Counted from the first letter of the stretch, positions 1-9,212 are shown. The stretch: DNA of 39,217 nucleotides from Myxococcota bacterium (GCA_963676915.2 CAXXVK010000048.1:1-39217); one strand, 5' to 3'. The notes: generated by a model not told the origin, from the letters alone. Made by a program: numbers and translations.

Positions 1-2
1 TC

Positions 3-89
3 TCCGGTCTTTCCGACGGTGATCGGCTGGTGGTTTCGGCTATCGATACCCTCAAGGACGGACAGCCCGCAAAGGTGGTGCAACAATGA
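3..89 (+). CDS. RND efflux periplasmic adaptor (membrane fusion protein), C-terminal fragment
   Basis: Frame from base 3 reads [28 protein letters not shown], the typical GL..GD.VV...L.DG..V end of RND adaptors. Its TGA (87-89) overlaps the ATG at 86 of the permease. Confidence 0.75.
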   Translation, partial: SGLSDGDRLVVSAIDTLKDGQPAKVVQQ

Positions 90-3000
90 AACACCTCAAA
101 CGAATCCGCGCAAAAACGGCGCTTTGAAAGAAAAAAGCTGGGGATTTCGGGACGCATCGCCGATGCGTTTCAGGACAGCAAGCTTACTCCGCTGGTCGTT
201 CTGGCCGCCCTCGTTCTGGGTTTCTTCGCCACGTCGATCACCCCTCGCGAAGAAGAGCCGCAGATCGTCGTCCCGATGGTGGATATCTTCGTGCAGGCTC
301 CTGGATTGAGCGCCGGAGAGGTCGAGCAACTCGTTTCCACGCCCCTGGAAAAACTGCTGTGGGAAATCCCCGGTGTGGACGACGTGTACACCACCTCGCG
401 GCCCAACATGTCCATGGCTATCGTCCGATTCGATGTGGGAGAGGATGAAGAGGACAGCCTCGTCAAGATTTACAACAAGGTCCAGGGGAACATGGACCGG
501 ATTCCCATCGGGGTCAATCCTCCGTTGATCAAACTCAAAGGCATCGATGACGTGCCGGTGATGAGTGTCACACTGCACTCGAAAACCTACGATTCCGCGA
601 CGCTTCGCCGGGTGGCCGGAGAAGTCGCCACCGAGCTGAAGAAAGTCGATGATGTCAGCGAAACGAATATCATCGGGGGTGAAGCGCGGCAGATTCGGGT
701 CGAAGTCGATCCCGACCGTCTTGCTGGGCACATGATTTCGCCGTTGCAGGTGTATCAGGCTTTGGGTCGCGACAACAGCAACCTGTCGGCGGGTGGATTC
801 AGCCGCGCCGACATGCATTTCCTCGTGGAAGTCGGTGATTTCTTCCGCTCGGCGCGGGATGTGGAACAAACCATCGTCGCCGTATACAACGACAAGCCCG
901 TATATCTTTCCGACGTAGCGACCGTGTACGACGGATTTCAGGAAATCAACACCTATGTTTTCCATCGTGATGGTGCGGGCGCCGAAGGGACCATCGAAGA
1001 AACGAACGCCCCGAGTCGTCCCTTGGCCGATGAAGCCGCCGTCACCATTGCCGTGGCCAAACGGCGGGGAGCCAACGCCACTTGGTTGACCGAAACCCTG
1101 ACCGAGCGCCTAGAGGAGATGAAAGGCTCCATTCTCGTTTCGGGAATCGATGCGACGATCACCCGCGATTACGGCGAGACGGCCAAAGAAAAGTCCAACG
1201 AGTTGATTTTCCATATGTTTCTGGCCACGATTTCGGTCGTGATTCTGATGTGGTTGTTTTTGGGGATCAAGGAAGCGGCGGTCGTCGCGGTGGCGGTGCC
1301 TGTCACTCTGGCGCTGACGCTGTTTGCCAGCTACTTTTTCGGCTACACCCTCAACCGTGTAACGCTGTTCGCTTTGATTTTCGCTATCGGTATCCTTGTG
1401 GACGATGCCATCGTCGTGGTGGAAAACATCCACCGGCACTTCAAGATGAAATGGGGGTCACTGGACGTGATCACCTCGTTTGCGGTGGACGAAGTGGGCA
1501 ACCCGACGATTTTAGCGACGTTTACCGTGATTTTCGCCCTGATGCCCATGGCGTTCGTTTCCGGAATGATGGGTCCGTACATGAGCCCGATTCCGATCAA
1601 CGCTTCGGCGGCGATGCTGTTCAGTCTGCTGGTGGCCTTCGTGGTGACTCCCTGGATGACCAAGCGCTTGCTGGCGTATTCCGAGAAACGCAAGCAAAAC
1701 AATGGGTTGGAGGATTCTCACGAGGCTCATGAAGATCCCGAAGACGATGCCGGACGCATCGGGCGCGTTTACCGGAAAATCCTCGAACCGATGGTGGACA
1801 AACCCGCTCTGCGTGCCGGAGTGCTGGCCGGAGTGCTGGTGCTGCTCGTCGGATCGATGGGACTCGTATATCTACGTGCCGTGAAAGTGAAAATGCTGCC
1901 GCACGACAACAAGTCGGAATTCCAAGTAGTTATCGATATGGACGAAGGCACGACGCTGGAACGAACGGCGGCGGTCACGCGGGAAAATCGCGGCGGAACT
2001 GGTCAAAGAACCGGTGGTGCGTGACGTGCAGATGTACGTCGGCACGGCCTCGCCGATCAACTTCAACGGCCTCGTGCGTCACTACTTCCTGCGGCAGGGA
2101 CCGAACGTTGCGGATATTCAGGTGAATCTCGTCGGCAAACACGAACGCTCCGAGATGAGCCACGACATCGCCAAGCGACTGCGACCGGTCATCGCCAAAA
2201 TCGCCGAACGCCACCGAGCCAAAACGTTGGTGGCCGAGGTGCCGGCCCGGACCGCCCGTGCTCTCCACCATGCAGACCGAAATCTACGGTCCCGATCTGG
2301 CCGGACAATACGAACTGGCCGAAAAAGTCAAAGGACTGTTCGAAAATTCCCCCAACATCGTGGATGTGGACTGGTATGCCGAGGTACACCAACCGGAATT
2401 CCGTCTGAAAGTGGACAAAGCCAAGGCGGCGCTTTCCGGTGTGACCACCGAGCAGATTACCAACACCATCGGTCTGGCGCTGTATGGCAAAGCGGCGGGA
2501 TTGATGGTCACCGAGCGGGACCGCGAGCCGGTGCAGGTGATGGTACAGGTTCCCACTTCCGGACGCTCGTCCATCGACGACCTTTCCGACATCAAAGTAC
2601 ATGGAAAAGACGGTCGTATGGTGGCGATTCGGGAGTTGGTCGATCAGAACCTGGAATCGGAAGATCGCTTCATCTATCACAAAAACCTGCGTCGCGTGGT
2701 GTATCTCACCGGTGAGGTCGGCGGTCAGGGAGAAAGCCCGGTGTACGCCATTCTCGACACCATGCCCGATATCGATAAGATCAAGGCTCCCAACGGACAT
2801 CCGGTCAAGCAATTGTTGAACGGCATGCCGGAATCCGAGCGGGATTACACCGTGAAGTGGGACGGCGAGTGGCAGATCACCCACGATGTCTTCCGCGACA
2901 TGGGTATTGCCTTCGCCATCGTGCTGGTTCTGATGTACATCCTTGTCGTGGCCTGGTTCAAGAGCTTCCTGACGCCGATCATCATCATGCTGCCGATCCC

Positions 3001-3385
3001 TCTGACCCTGATCGGAATTCTTCCCGGTCACTGGGCGACCAATACGTATTTCACGGCAACGAGCATGATCGGTTTCATTGCACTTGCGGGAATCATCGTC
3101 CGAAACTCGATTCTGCTTGTCGATTTCATCGAGCAGGAATTGGAAGCGGGCACCTCGCTACGTGAAGCCGTCTTGAAAGCCGGAGCCATTCGCTTCCGTC
3201 CGATCTTCCTCACGGCGGCGGCCCTGGTGGTCGGTGGGGCCGTGATCCTGCTGGACCCGATTTTCAGCGGTCTGGCGGTTAGCCTGATCTTCGGCGTGGT
3301 AATCGCCACCCTTCTGACCCTGGTTGTGATTCCGCTGATTTACTACGCCGTGCGACGCCGCACCCTGGAGAAAGCCGCCCACTGA
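86..3385 (+). CDS. AcrB/AcrD/AcrF-family RND efflux permease (three apparent frameshifts, probably sequencing errors)
   Basis: Joined frames give [11 protein letters not shown]...[15 protein letters not shown]...[14 protein letters not shown]...[13 protein letters not shown]...[12 protein letters not shown]. Breaks lie between 86 and ~135, at 1984-1987 (AAAA) and at 2244-2245 (GG); each is repaired by removing one base. Confidence 0.9.
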
Positions 3386-3424
3386 CGGCCTGGATGAAAT
3401 GAAAGTCTACGAAAGGAAAACGCT

Positions 3425-3727
3425 ATGAAACTACTGATGATTATCCTAGACGAGACCGTCCGTGACGACGTGGAAGCCACTCTGGAAAAACACAAAGTCA
3501 ACGGCTACACCGAAATTCCGATGGCACTGGGAGAAGGATTGACCGGCAAAAAACTGGCCAGCCGCCTGCATCCCGGAGCCAACAGCATAGTGTTCAGCAT
3601 TATCGACGACGCCCGTTTGGACCCGATCAAGGCCGACTTGTTGCAAACCTGCACGAGAAAGACCGAAAACGAAAACTGTCCCAAACCGATTCACATCGCC
3701 GTCTTGAACGTGGAGGAATTTTTCTAA
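3425..3727 (+). CDS. P-II-like small protein (PG0541-type, transporter-associated)
   Basis: 100 aa; GYTEIPMALGEGLTGKKLASRLHPGANSIVF resembles the GlnB-like fold. AAGGA RBS upstream; directly follows the RND permease. Confidence 0.7.
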   Translation: MKLLMIILDETVRDDVEATLEKHKVNGYTEIPMALGEGLTGKKLASRLHPGANSIVFSIIDDARLDPIKADLLQTCTRKTENENCPKPIHIAVLNVEEFF

Positions 3728-3753
3728 AATCTCTCGGTATCTTTTCGAGAGGT

Positions 3754-3934
3754 TAGCCCGCATTATTCATGAGGATCGTAGCGAGACGCCGAAAACCGAA
3801 GATATTTCATGAAGTTGGAGTGATTTTTTAACGGAAGCATACTTGACAGTATGTTGAGTATAAAAAATCGGGAAACGAATGAAAGATCAAGAGTTTTCAA
3901 GTCGTAGTAGATTCTTCATGAATTATGCGGGTTA
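3754..3934. mobile_element. MITE-like repeat family A, full copy A1 (181 bp)
   Basis: Left end TAGCCCGCATTATTCATGA; right end reverse-complemented TAACCCGCATAATTCATGA (17/19). Homologous copies at 5760-5903, 7541-7710 and 9213-9261. No transposase ORF. Confidence 0.75.
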
Positions 3935-3960
3935 GGGAGTCCACAGGGGGTGGAACCCAC

Positions 3961-3994
3961 AAACGCCGCAGACCAGGCTCGGTCTGCGGCGTTT
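3961..3994. terminator. Intrinsic terminator, probably bidirectional, between convergent genes
   Basis: Perfect 14-bp stem AAACGCCGCAGACC-aggctc-GGTCTGCGGCGTTT. Confidence 0.7.
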
Positions 3995-4037
3995 CTAGTA
4001 TTACAGAACCCATTGTTTTAAGAGGTTTTTAGTTTGA

Positions 4038-5237
4038 CTATTCCACGTCGAAACTCAGGCTTACGCCGATCAAGCGGTCTTCGCGAATCTTCAAGCCCTG
4101 ATTGTAGGCGAAATTGACGGAAAACATGTCTTCCTTGTACGCCACCCCGGCGGAGATGTATTGGTTGTCCACCGTTTGATCGTATTCGTAGCCGAAACGC
4201 AAGGGCACCATGTGGTTGACGATGTATTCCACACCGAAACGGACATCGACCTTCGCGCCGCTCTCGTAGGTGTAATAGCCATTGGAGGGCGGTCTCTCCT
4301 GATAGGAATCCAGCACCACGATGGTGTCGATATCCACGTACAGCTCGTCGTAGATGACGTAGGCCAGACCGCCACCCAGTTTCAGCGGCCACATATCGTA
4401 GGCGGTGTGAATCAGGTTCTGGGCCACAAGACCGACGTTGAGGCCGAATTCGGTGCGCAGCAGAATGCCCAGATCCACGTTGGCGGCGTTGACATCGTGC
4501 CGCATCGGTCGCTTGGCCCAGGCGTATTTGACGCTCGCGCCCAGCATGAATTCCTCGGTGATCGCTCCGGCCAGTCCCAAACGGGCGACGTGGCGGTAGA
4601 TATCCCCATCTTTGTACGAACCAAGCATACTTCGCAGCGGATTTTGGGGATAATCTTCGGGATCGATATAGCTGTTGAGATAGTCCTGATAGGTTCCATT
4701 CAAGTAGCGGCGGCGGTATTCGTCCCAGGAGTTGTCGTTCGAGGTTCCGTAGTCGGAATTCTGCACCCAGTCTTCCACCCAGCCCACCGGCTGTGTCAAC
4801 TGGGACGGTGTGGAGAGGTTGTCGTAGTAGTTGTAATCGGGATTGTAGTTGTGGAAGTTGCTGATATTCCACAATTGTTGGGAATCGTAGCCGTTGAACG
4901 TGTATCCCATGTACATCGCAACGGGCGTCGTGACCGCATCGACGACCGAGAGTCCCGCCGAATAGGCATCACCCAACGGATCGAATTCACCGCTGATATC
5001 GAAGCTGTAAATCGGGCGCTGCGCCATTCCCGCAGGATTGGTCCACCCGGCGGCGTTTCCCTCGGCGATGGCAAGATAAGCCCGGCCCATGGCCAAAGTA
5101 CGAGCGCCGTGGATCTCTTCGTGGGCCGCACTCCAGCGCTGTTTGAGGGTCGTTTCGGCTGTAGCCGTGCCGGTAAAAGAAAACAGCAGCAAGCCGAAAA
5201 CAAAAGTGAAAACAAGCATGTTCAACCGGAAAGGCAT
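4038..5237 (-). CDS. Outer-membrane beta-barrel protein, FadL/PorV-like
   Basis: ATG at 5237 with AGGA RBS; signal peptide ending TATA; motif GARTLAMGRAYLAIAEGNAAGWTNPAGMA; amphipathic beta-strands ending LIGVSLSFDVE. Confidence 0.7.
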   Translation of the reverse strand: MPFRLNMLVFTFVFGLLLFSFTGTATAETTLKQRWSAAHEEIHGARTLAMGRAYLAIAEGNAAGWTNPAGMAQRPIYSFDISGEFDPLGDAYSAGLSVVDAVTTPVAMYMGYTFNGYDSQQLWNISNFHNYNPDYNYYDNLSTPSQLTQPVGWVEDWVQNSDYGTSNDNSWDEYRRRYLNGTYQDYLNSYIDPEDYPQNPLRSMLGSYKDGDIYRHVARLGLAGAITEEFMLGASVKYAWAKRPMRHDVNAANVDLGILLRTEFGLNVGLVAQNLIHTAYDMWPLKLGGGLAYVIYDELYVDIDTIVVLDSYQERPPSNGYYTYESGAKVDVRFGVEYIVNHMVPLRFGYEYDQTVDNQYISAGVAYKEDMFSVNFAYNQGLKIREDRLIGVSLSFDVE

Positions 5238-5445
5238 GGCGGTTTCCTGCAATGACACTCCCTGCGGGTTTTCGGTTCGGACAGCCCCGGCGTCTGTCCG
5301 CTTACCTGCAGGGAAACCCAATACGGACGGATCGAAACAAAACGGTTCGGGGTGCTCGCCGGGATGGTGAGGCAGCCAGCCTGTTTCGACAGATAATGAA
5401 GTATATTCAATTTAACCAAACAACGCAACCAAAACCCGAACAAAG

Positions 5446-5654
5446 GGGTGCATCACAAAATAGTGCGACTTTCGTAAAATCCTCTTTTTTCGTAGCGGCG
5501 AGGCGTAAGCCCGCCGTTTTTGCCTTTTGAAAGTTGCTTTTATGCCCCCAATCTCACTTTTCGGCGGGCTTACGCCTCGCCGCTACAACCTACAACCAAA
5601 TGAATGAATGATTCAATATTATTGGGCCAATTCGCACCATTTTGTGATGCACCC
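5446..5654. mobile_element. MITE-like family B, copy B1 (209 bp)
   Basis: TIRs GGGTGCATCACAAAATAGTGCGA / TCGCACCATTTTGTGATGCACCC; flanks CGAACAAAG (5437-5445) and CGAACAAAT (5655-5663), an 8/9 target-site duplication. Confidence 0.8.
5492..5586. repeat. GTAG-type REP doublet (REPIN-like), family 1, inside B1
   Basis: GTAGCGGCGAGGCGTAAGCCCGCCG at 5492-5516 and its exact reverse complement at 5562-5586. Each copy is GTAG plus an imperfect hairpin. Confidence 0.75.
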
Positions 5655-5759
5655 CGAACAAATGTCGGAATAACTGGTGTTCTCTTTAAAAAGAGTAGAA
5701 GTCATCCTAAAAATACCGACCGAGGATTTCGAGGTGATTTCGAGACGAATTCGTCATTG

Positions 5760-5903
5760 GCGAGACGCTGAAAACCGATGATATTTCGCGAAGTTGGAAC
5801 GATTTTTATACTTGATAGTATGTTGAGTATAAAAAATTGTGAAACGAGTGAAAGATCGAGGATTTTCAAGTCGCAGCAGGTTTTTCATGAATTTTCCGGG
5901 CTA
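5760..5903. repeat. Family A copy A2 (left TIR missing)
   Basis: GCGAGACGCTGAAAACCGATGATATTTC...ATACTTGATAGTATGTTGAGTATAAAAAAT...TTCATGAATTTTCCGGGCTA aligns along A1 3781-3934. Confidence 0.75.
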
Positions 5904-5937
5904 GAATGGCTTCTGATAATTACAAACAAATCTTCCA

Positions 5938-6113
5938 GTAGGTCGGGCAAATTTCTTGCCCGACACCAGCTTGCTGACAACGTGGTTTTGTCGTTTTTGA
6001 GCTTCAATAATTTCAATAAGTTACAGACGATAAAATTGTTCAAAGTGGGGTTTTTCAATTGCCTGCTTGCCCGACACCTTGTCCATGTCGGGCTAGAAAT
6101 TTTCCCGACATAC
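5938..6113. repeat. GTAG-type REP doublet, family 2, interrupted by element C
   Basis: GTAGGTCGGGCAAATTTCTTGCCCGACA at 5938-5965 is identical to the reverse complement of 9077-9104. An inverted degenerate copy lies at 6086-6113. Confidence 0.75.
5967..6065. mobile_element. 99-bp MITE-like element C with 12-bp target-site duplication
   Basis: CTTGCCCGACAC is duplicated at 5955-5966 and 6066-6077. Ends CAGCTTGCTGACAAC / GTTTTTCAATTGCCTG are degenerate inverted repeats. Confidence 0.65.
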
Positions 6114-6267
6114 CCCTACTTCAGTCGGTAATTTGTAGGATGACTTCCGATTTCCCCCACGAATCATTCAACCTCCAATCGTTCCATGGCAGTATTTTGG
6201 TCATGCTCTGTGATACAATGTCTTTCTGATCGAAGGATCAACCACCCGGAATACGGAGGCCGTCGTC

Positions 6268-7572
6268 GTGGAAAACAAAAAAAGACATGTTGTTTTAAGA
6301 CGTTGCGAGGACTACGACCTCGACCGGCTCACGGCGATTCAACGGGAGATTCTTCACGATCTCGCGGTGCCGATCCATGGCCGGGTGTTTGTAAAACCCA
6401 ATATCGTTACGGCCAATCGGGCTTACATTCACGATTCCTACACCCATCCACATGTAGTGGAAGCCATGTTGATCAACCTAGCGGACCACGAAACGGAGAA
6501 CATCACCATCGGGGAGTCCAGCGGCTTCGGTATTCCCTCCCGGCTGTTTTTCCATGAATCCGGGTACACGGAGATGGCTGCACGAAGGGACGTGCGCCTG
6601 CTGAATCTAAACGAGGATCGATTGCAAAAGGTCGAGCTGAAAAATGGACGGCATCATCGGCACATGCTGTTATCCGAGCACCTAAGCAACGCCGACGTAA
6701 AAATCTGGATGCCGAAGCTGAAATATCACATCTTCGCCTCGATAACCCACGCCCTGAAATTGAATATCGGAATCCTGGTTCACAAAGAGCGAATGCTCTA
6801 CCACGACCACCGCATTCACGAAAAAATCGTCGATCTGCTAGAGACCGGAATGCCGGATATCGTCTTGGGAGATGCGGTGAACATCACCTACGGTTTCGAA
6901 TCGGCTCCTTACCCGGTGCGATTGGGGGTTCTCATCGGGGCCAACGATCCCTTGGCGGCGGATGTGGTGGCGGCGCATATCATGGGCTATCGCCCGGAAG
7001 ACGTAAAACACCTGAAGATCGCCTCCGAGCGTGGGTACGGATCGTTGAACGTGGAGGATATCGAAATTACAGGCGATATCACGATGGACGAGTTGCGCGA
7101 CCGTCCCAAAGGCCAACGCCGTCTGTTTCAGGTTTTATCCGAGTTGGATACGCCGATCACGTTCTACAACGGCAAAGCCGAGGGTACGGACGAGATCTGC
7201 GACGGAGGTTGCGAGGGAGCCTTGAAAGGGTGTCTGGGAACCATCGAAAAGCGTCGTCCCGGTTCGTTGAAAAACGCCCGTCCGGGAGCGATCGTCACGG
7301 GCGTTTACGAGGGGGATGTTCTTCATCCCGAGCATACCGTACTGATGATCGGTCGCTGCACGAGGGTCGAAGGCCGGTTGGAGGCCAAGCGCATCGTTCG
7401 GATTCAGGGCTGCCCCACGGCTGCACGCGATCTGTTCGTCAAAGTGCCGCTGATCTTTCGATTGCCCAGCCCGATGTTCGATTTTCGCGACGCCCTGCTG
7501 TTTATCCGCTTCACCCTTTCAGGCTGGATCGGGCGTTTACTGGCACGAATTATCCATACCAAATCGTCGTGA
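6268..7572 (+). CDS. DUF362-family putative Fe-S protein
   Basis: VFVKPNIV...THPHVVEA...ITIGESSG, MPKLKYH...ITHALKLNIG, DPLAADVV; C-terminal CDGGC...C, IGRC and GCP. GTG start with GGAGG RBS. Confidence 0.8.
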   Translation: MENKKRHVVLRRCEDYDLDRLTAIQREILHDLAVPIHGRVFVKPNIVTANRAYIHDSYTHPHVVEAMLINLADHETENITIGESSGFGIPSRLFFHESGYTEMAARRDVRLLNLNEDRLQKVELKNGRHHRHMLLSEHLSNADVKIWMPKLKYHIFASITHALKLNIGILVHKERMLYHDHRIHEKIVDLLETGMPDIVLGDAVNITYGFESAPYPVRLGVLIGANDPLAADVVAAHIMGYRPEDVKHLKIASERGYGSLNVEDIEITGDITMDELRDRPKGQRRLFQVLSELDTPITFYNGKAEGTDEICDGGCEGALKGCLGTIEKRRPGSLKNARPGAIVTGVYEGDVLHPEHTVLMIGRCTRVEGRLEAKRIVRIQGCPTAARDLFVKVPLIFRLPSPMFDFRDALLFIRFTLSGWIGRLLARIIHTKSS

Positions 7573-7710
7573 GACACCGAAAACCGGTGAAATGTCATAT
7601 CGTTGGAGTTATCGGTAAGCGGAAGCAACCTTGACAGGTTGTCGAGTGAAACAAGTCAAAGATCGAGAGTTTTCACGTCGCAGCAGGTTTTTCGTGAATT
7701 CTTCGGGCTA
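7541..7710. repeat. Family A copy A3, filling the gap between DUF362 and cheZ
   Basis: TGGCACGAATTATCCAT...GAGACACCGAAAACCG...GGAAGCAACCTTGACAGGTTGTCGAGT...GATCGAGAGTTTTCACGTCGCAGCAGGTTTTTCGTGAATTCTTCGGGCTA aligns with A1 and A2. Confidence 0.7.
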
Positions 7711-8376
7711 CGGTTCGTACTGTTCCAACAAATCGTCGATCATATTCTGTCGGGCGTCGTGATCTTTCCCCAAAAGCAATTCCACACTTTGGGTGGCGTT
7801 GGATTCCTCTTCCAATGAAGCGTTGCGTTCTCCCAGGCGAATCAACAATTCGAGCACTCGATTCTCGATCTGGTCCATCAATTCCGCAATCGCCTGAAGC
7901 GTCTGGCTGGTGAGATCCTGGAACGAGAGGTGGGTCATCAGGTCCACCAGCGCCATGCCGCGATCGTCGAACGATCCGGCAATGGATTCGACGTGTTGCC
8001 GTATGGATTCCGATGCGGCGCTTTGTGTGTTTTCTTTCAAGCGTTCGACGTCAGGCAGTAATTGCTCGTCGTTGTCCAGTAAATGTTCGACGATTCCCAG
8101 GATTTTGTGGGTTGCGGTTTCCGTGGTTTTCGTCACGTCGGCAAGGCAATGCGATACGCTGGGCAACTCGTGGGCCACCGTGTTGAGTCCCGGCTTGACA
8201 TGAGCCAGCTTCTTGCGGGTTTCGTTGATGTATTTCGCAATACTCGCCAGTTCACCCCGAACCCGTGTTTCCAGATCGAAATCGACTTCCCCCTTGGAAA
8301 GCGCTTTGGCTCCCTCGATGATCTGTTCTAGGGCGAACTGCTCGTCGCGGCGCATCGTTTTCGCAACGCTGCCCAT
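7708..8376 (-). CDS. cheZ: CheZ-family chemotaxis phosphatase
   Basis: Catalytic motif LSFQDLTSQ, TETATHKIL and C-terminal QNMIDDLL CheY-binding tail. GGAGG RBS 5 nt before ATG 8376; directly downstream of cheY. Confidence 0.8.
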   Translation of the reverse strand: MGSVAKTMRRDEQFALEQIIEGAKALSKGEVDFDLETRVRGELASIAKYINETRKKLAHVKPGLNTVAHELPSVSHCLADVTKTTETATHKILGIVEHLLDNDEQLLPDVERLKENTQSAASESIRQHVESIAGSFDDRGMALVDLMTHLSFQDLTSQTLQAIAELMDQIENRVLELLIRLGERNASLEEESNATQSVELLLGKDHDARQNMIDDLLEQYEP

Positions 8377-8413
8377 CATTACCTCCAACAAAAAACAAAA
8401 TGGATTCAGAAAG

Positions 8414-8794
8414 TCACTCGGGGAAAATCGCCGCTAGTTTTTCCTGCATGATTTTGGCTGTGAACGGTTTCAGAATGAAATTGCTGCAACCCGACTTGAT
8501 AGCTTCGATCACCCGGCTTTTTTCACCTTCCGCCGTAACCAGCAAAAACGGCAGGTTTTTCAAGTTCTCGTCGGCTCGAACGTCTTTGAGCAGTTCGATC
8601 CCGGTTTTTACCGGCATGTTCCAGTCGGAAACCACGAGATCGTACTCTCCCTTTTGCAACATCTGCCAGGCTTCTTCCCCGTTTTCCGCTTCGTCGATAT
8701 TGCTGTACCCCAATTGCTTGAGAATGTTACGGACAATACGCCGCATGGTGGAAAAGTCATCGACGGCAAGGATTTTCATGTTTTTGTCCGGCAT
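8414..8794 (-). CDS. cheY: Chemotaxis response regulator CheY
   Basis: MPDKNMKILAVDDFSTMRRIVRNILKQLGY...SDWNMP...LLVTAE...KPFTA; 126-aa single-domain REC. GGGGAG RBS. The ORF-track start at 8971 is over-extended. Confidence 0.93.
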   Translation of the reverse strand: MPDKNMKILAVDDFSTMRRIVRNILKQLGYSNIDEAENGEEAWQMLQKGEYDLVVSDWNMPVKTGIELLKDVRADENLKNLPFLLVTAEGEKSRVIEAIKSGCSNFILKPFTAKIMQEKLAAIFPE

Positions 8795-8981
8795 AACTCG
8801 ATCTCCCCTGAATAAAGTCAATTCATTCCATTGTTTGCCACACAAGTTCAACCCGGCATATCGTCCACGGGATTTCGTTGAACGACACCGCTGCGAACGA
8901 CCGCAAACACCGTTCGCTCGCATACATTTCAATCGGATCATCGTTAGAAAACTGGAGTAAGTTTTTCGCACTTCCAGTTTG

Positions 8982-9140
8982 ATATCATTTCGCCTTCAAC
9001 GATCAAATTTCTGACATATCCGTGAAGGCAGATAATCCCGTAGGCCGGGCTAATTTTTAGCCCGACACCTTGGCATTGTCGGGCAAGAAATTTGCCCGAC
9101 CTACGCGAGACGCTTTCGATATTTGATAGAGAAATGGTAT
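8982..9140. mobile_element. Degenerate MITE-like shell E enclosing a REP doublet
   Basis: ATATCATTTCGCCTTCAACGATCAAA (8982-9007) versus reverse complement of 9115-9140, ATACCATTTCTCTATCAAATATCGAA (19/26). Confidence 0.4.
9040..9104. repeat. Intact GTAG-type REP doublet, family 2 (65 bp)
   Basis: GTAGGCCGGGCTAATTTTTAGCCCGACA-ccttggcat-TGTCGGGCAAGAAATTTGCCCGACCTAC. Confidence 0.8.
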
Positions 9141-9212
9141 GAAAACGTCATGGATTGGGCAACGTAAATGAAAATCGAAATCCTTGGTTCCGAGGGCTGG
9201 CAACTGGGGGAG

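Larger units (their letters stand above)
5698..6147. mobile_element. MITE-like shell D (450 bp) enclosing A2, a REP doublet and element C
   Basis: Left GAAGTCATCCTAAAAATACCGAC (5698-5720) versus reverse complement of 6124-6147, GAAGTCATCCTACAAATTACCGAC. No clear TSD. Confidence 0.55.

Noticed and set aside
86-3385. RND pseudogene or programmed frameshifting
   Set aside because: Breaks are single extra bases like those in the giant gene; repaired frames have no stops and no slippery-heptamer signal was seen. Sequencing error is more parsimonious.
5778-6131. 117-aa ORF and other short ORFs in repeat regions (5252-5530, 7603-7818, 13391-13684, 13727-13921)
   Set aside because: They run across MITE/REP junctions and show no RBS, transposase motif or other protein features.
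8800-8980. c-di-GMP riboswitch upstream of cheY
   Set aside because: Hairpins are present, but I could not match the GEMM GGCAAAC..GNRA..GACGCAAAG consensus.
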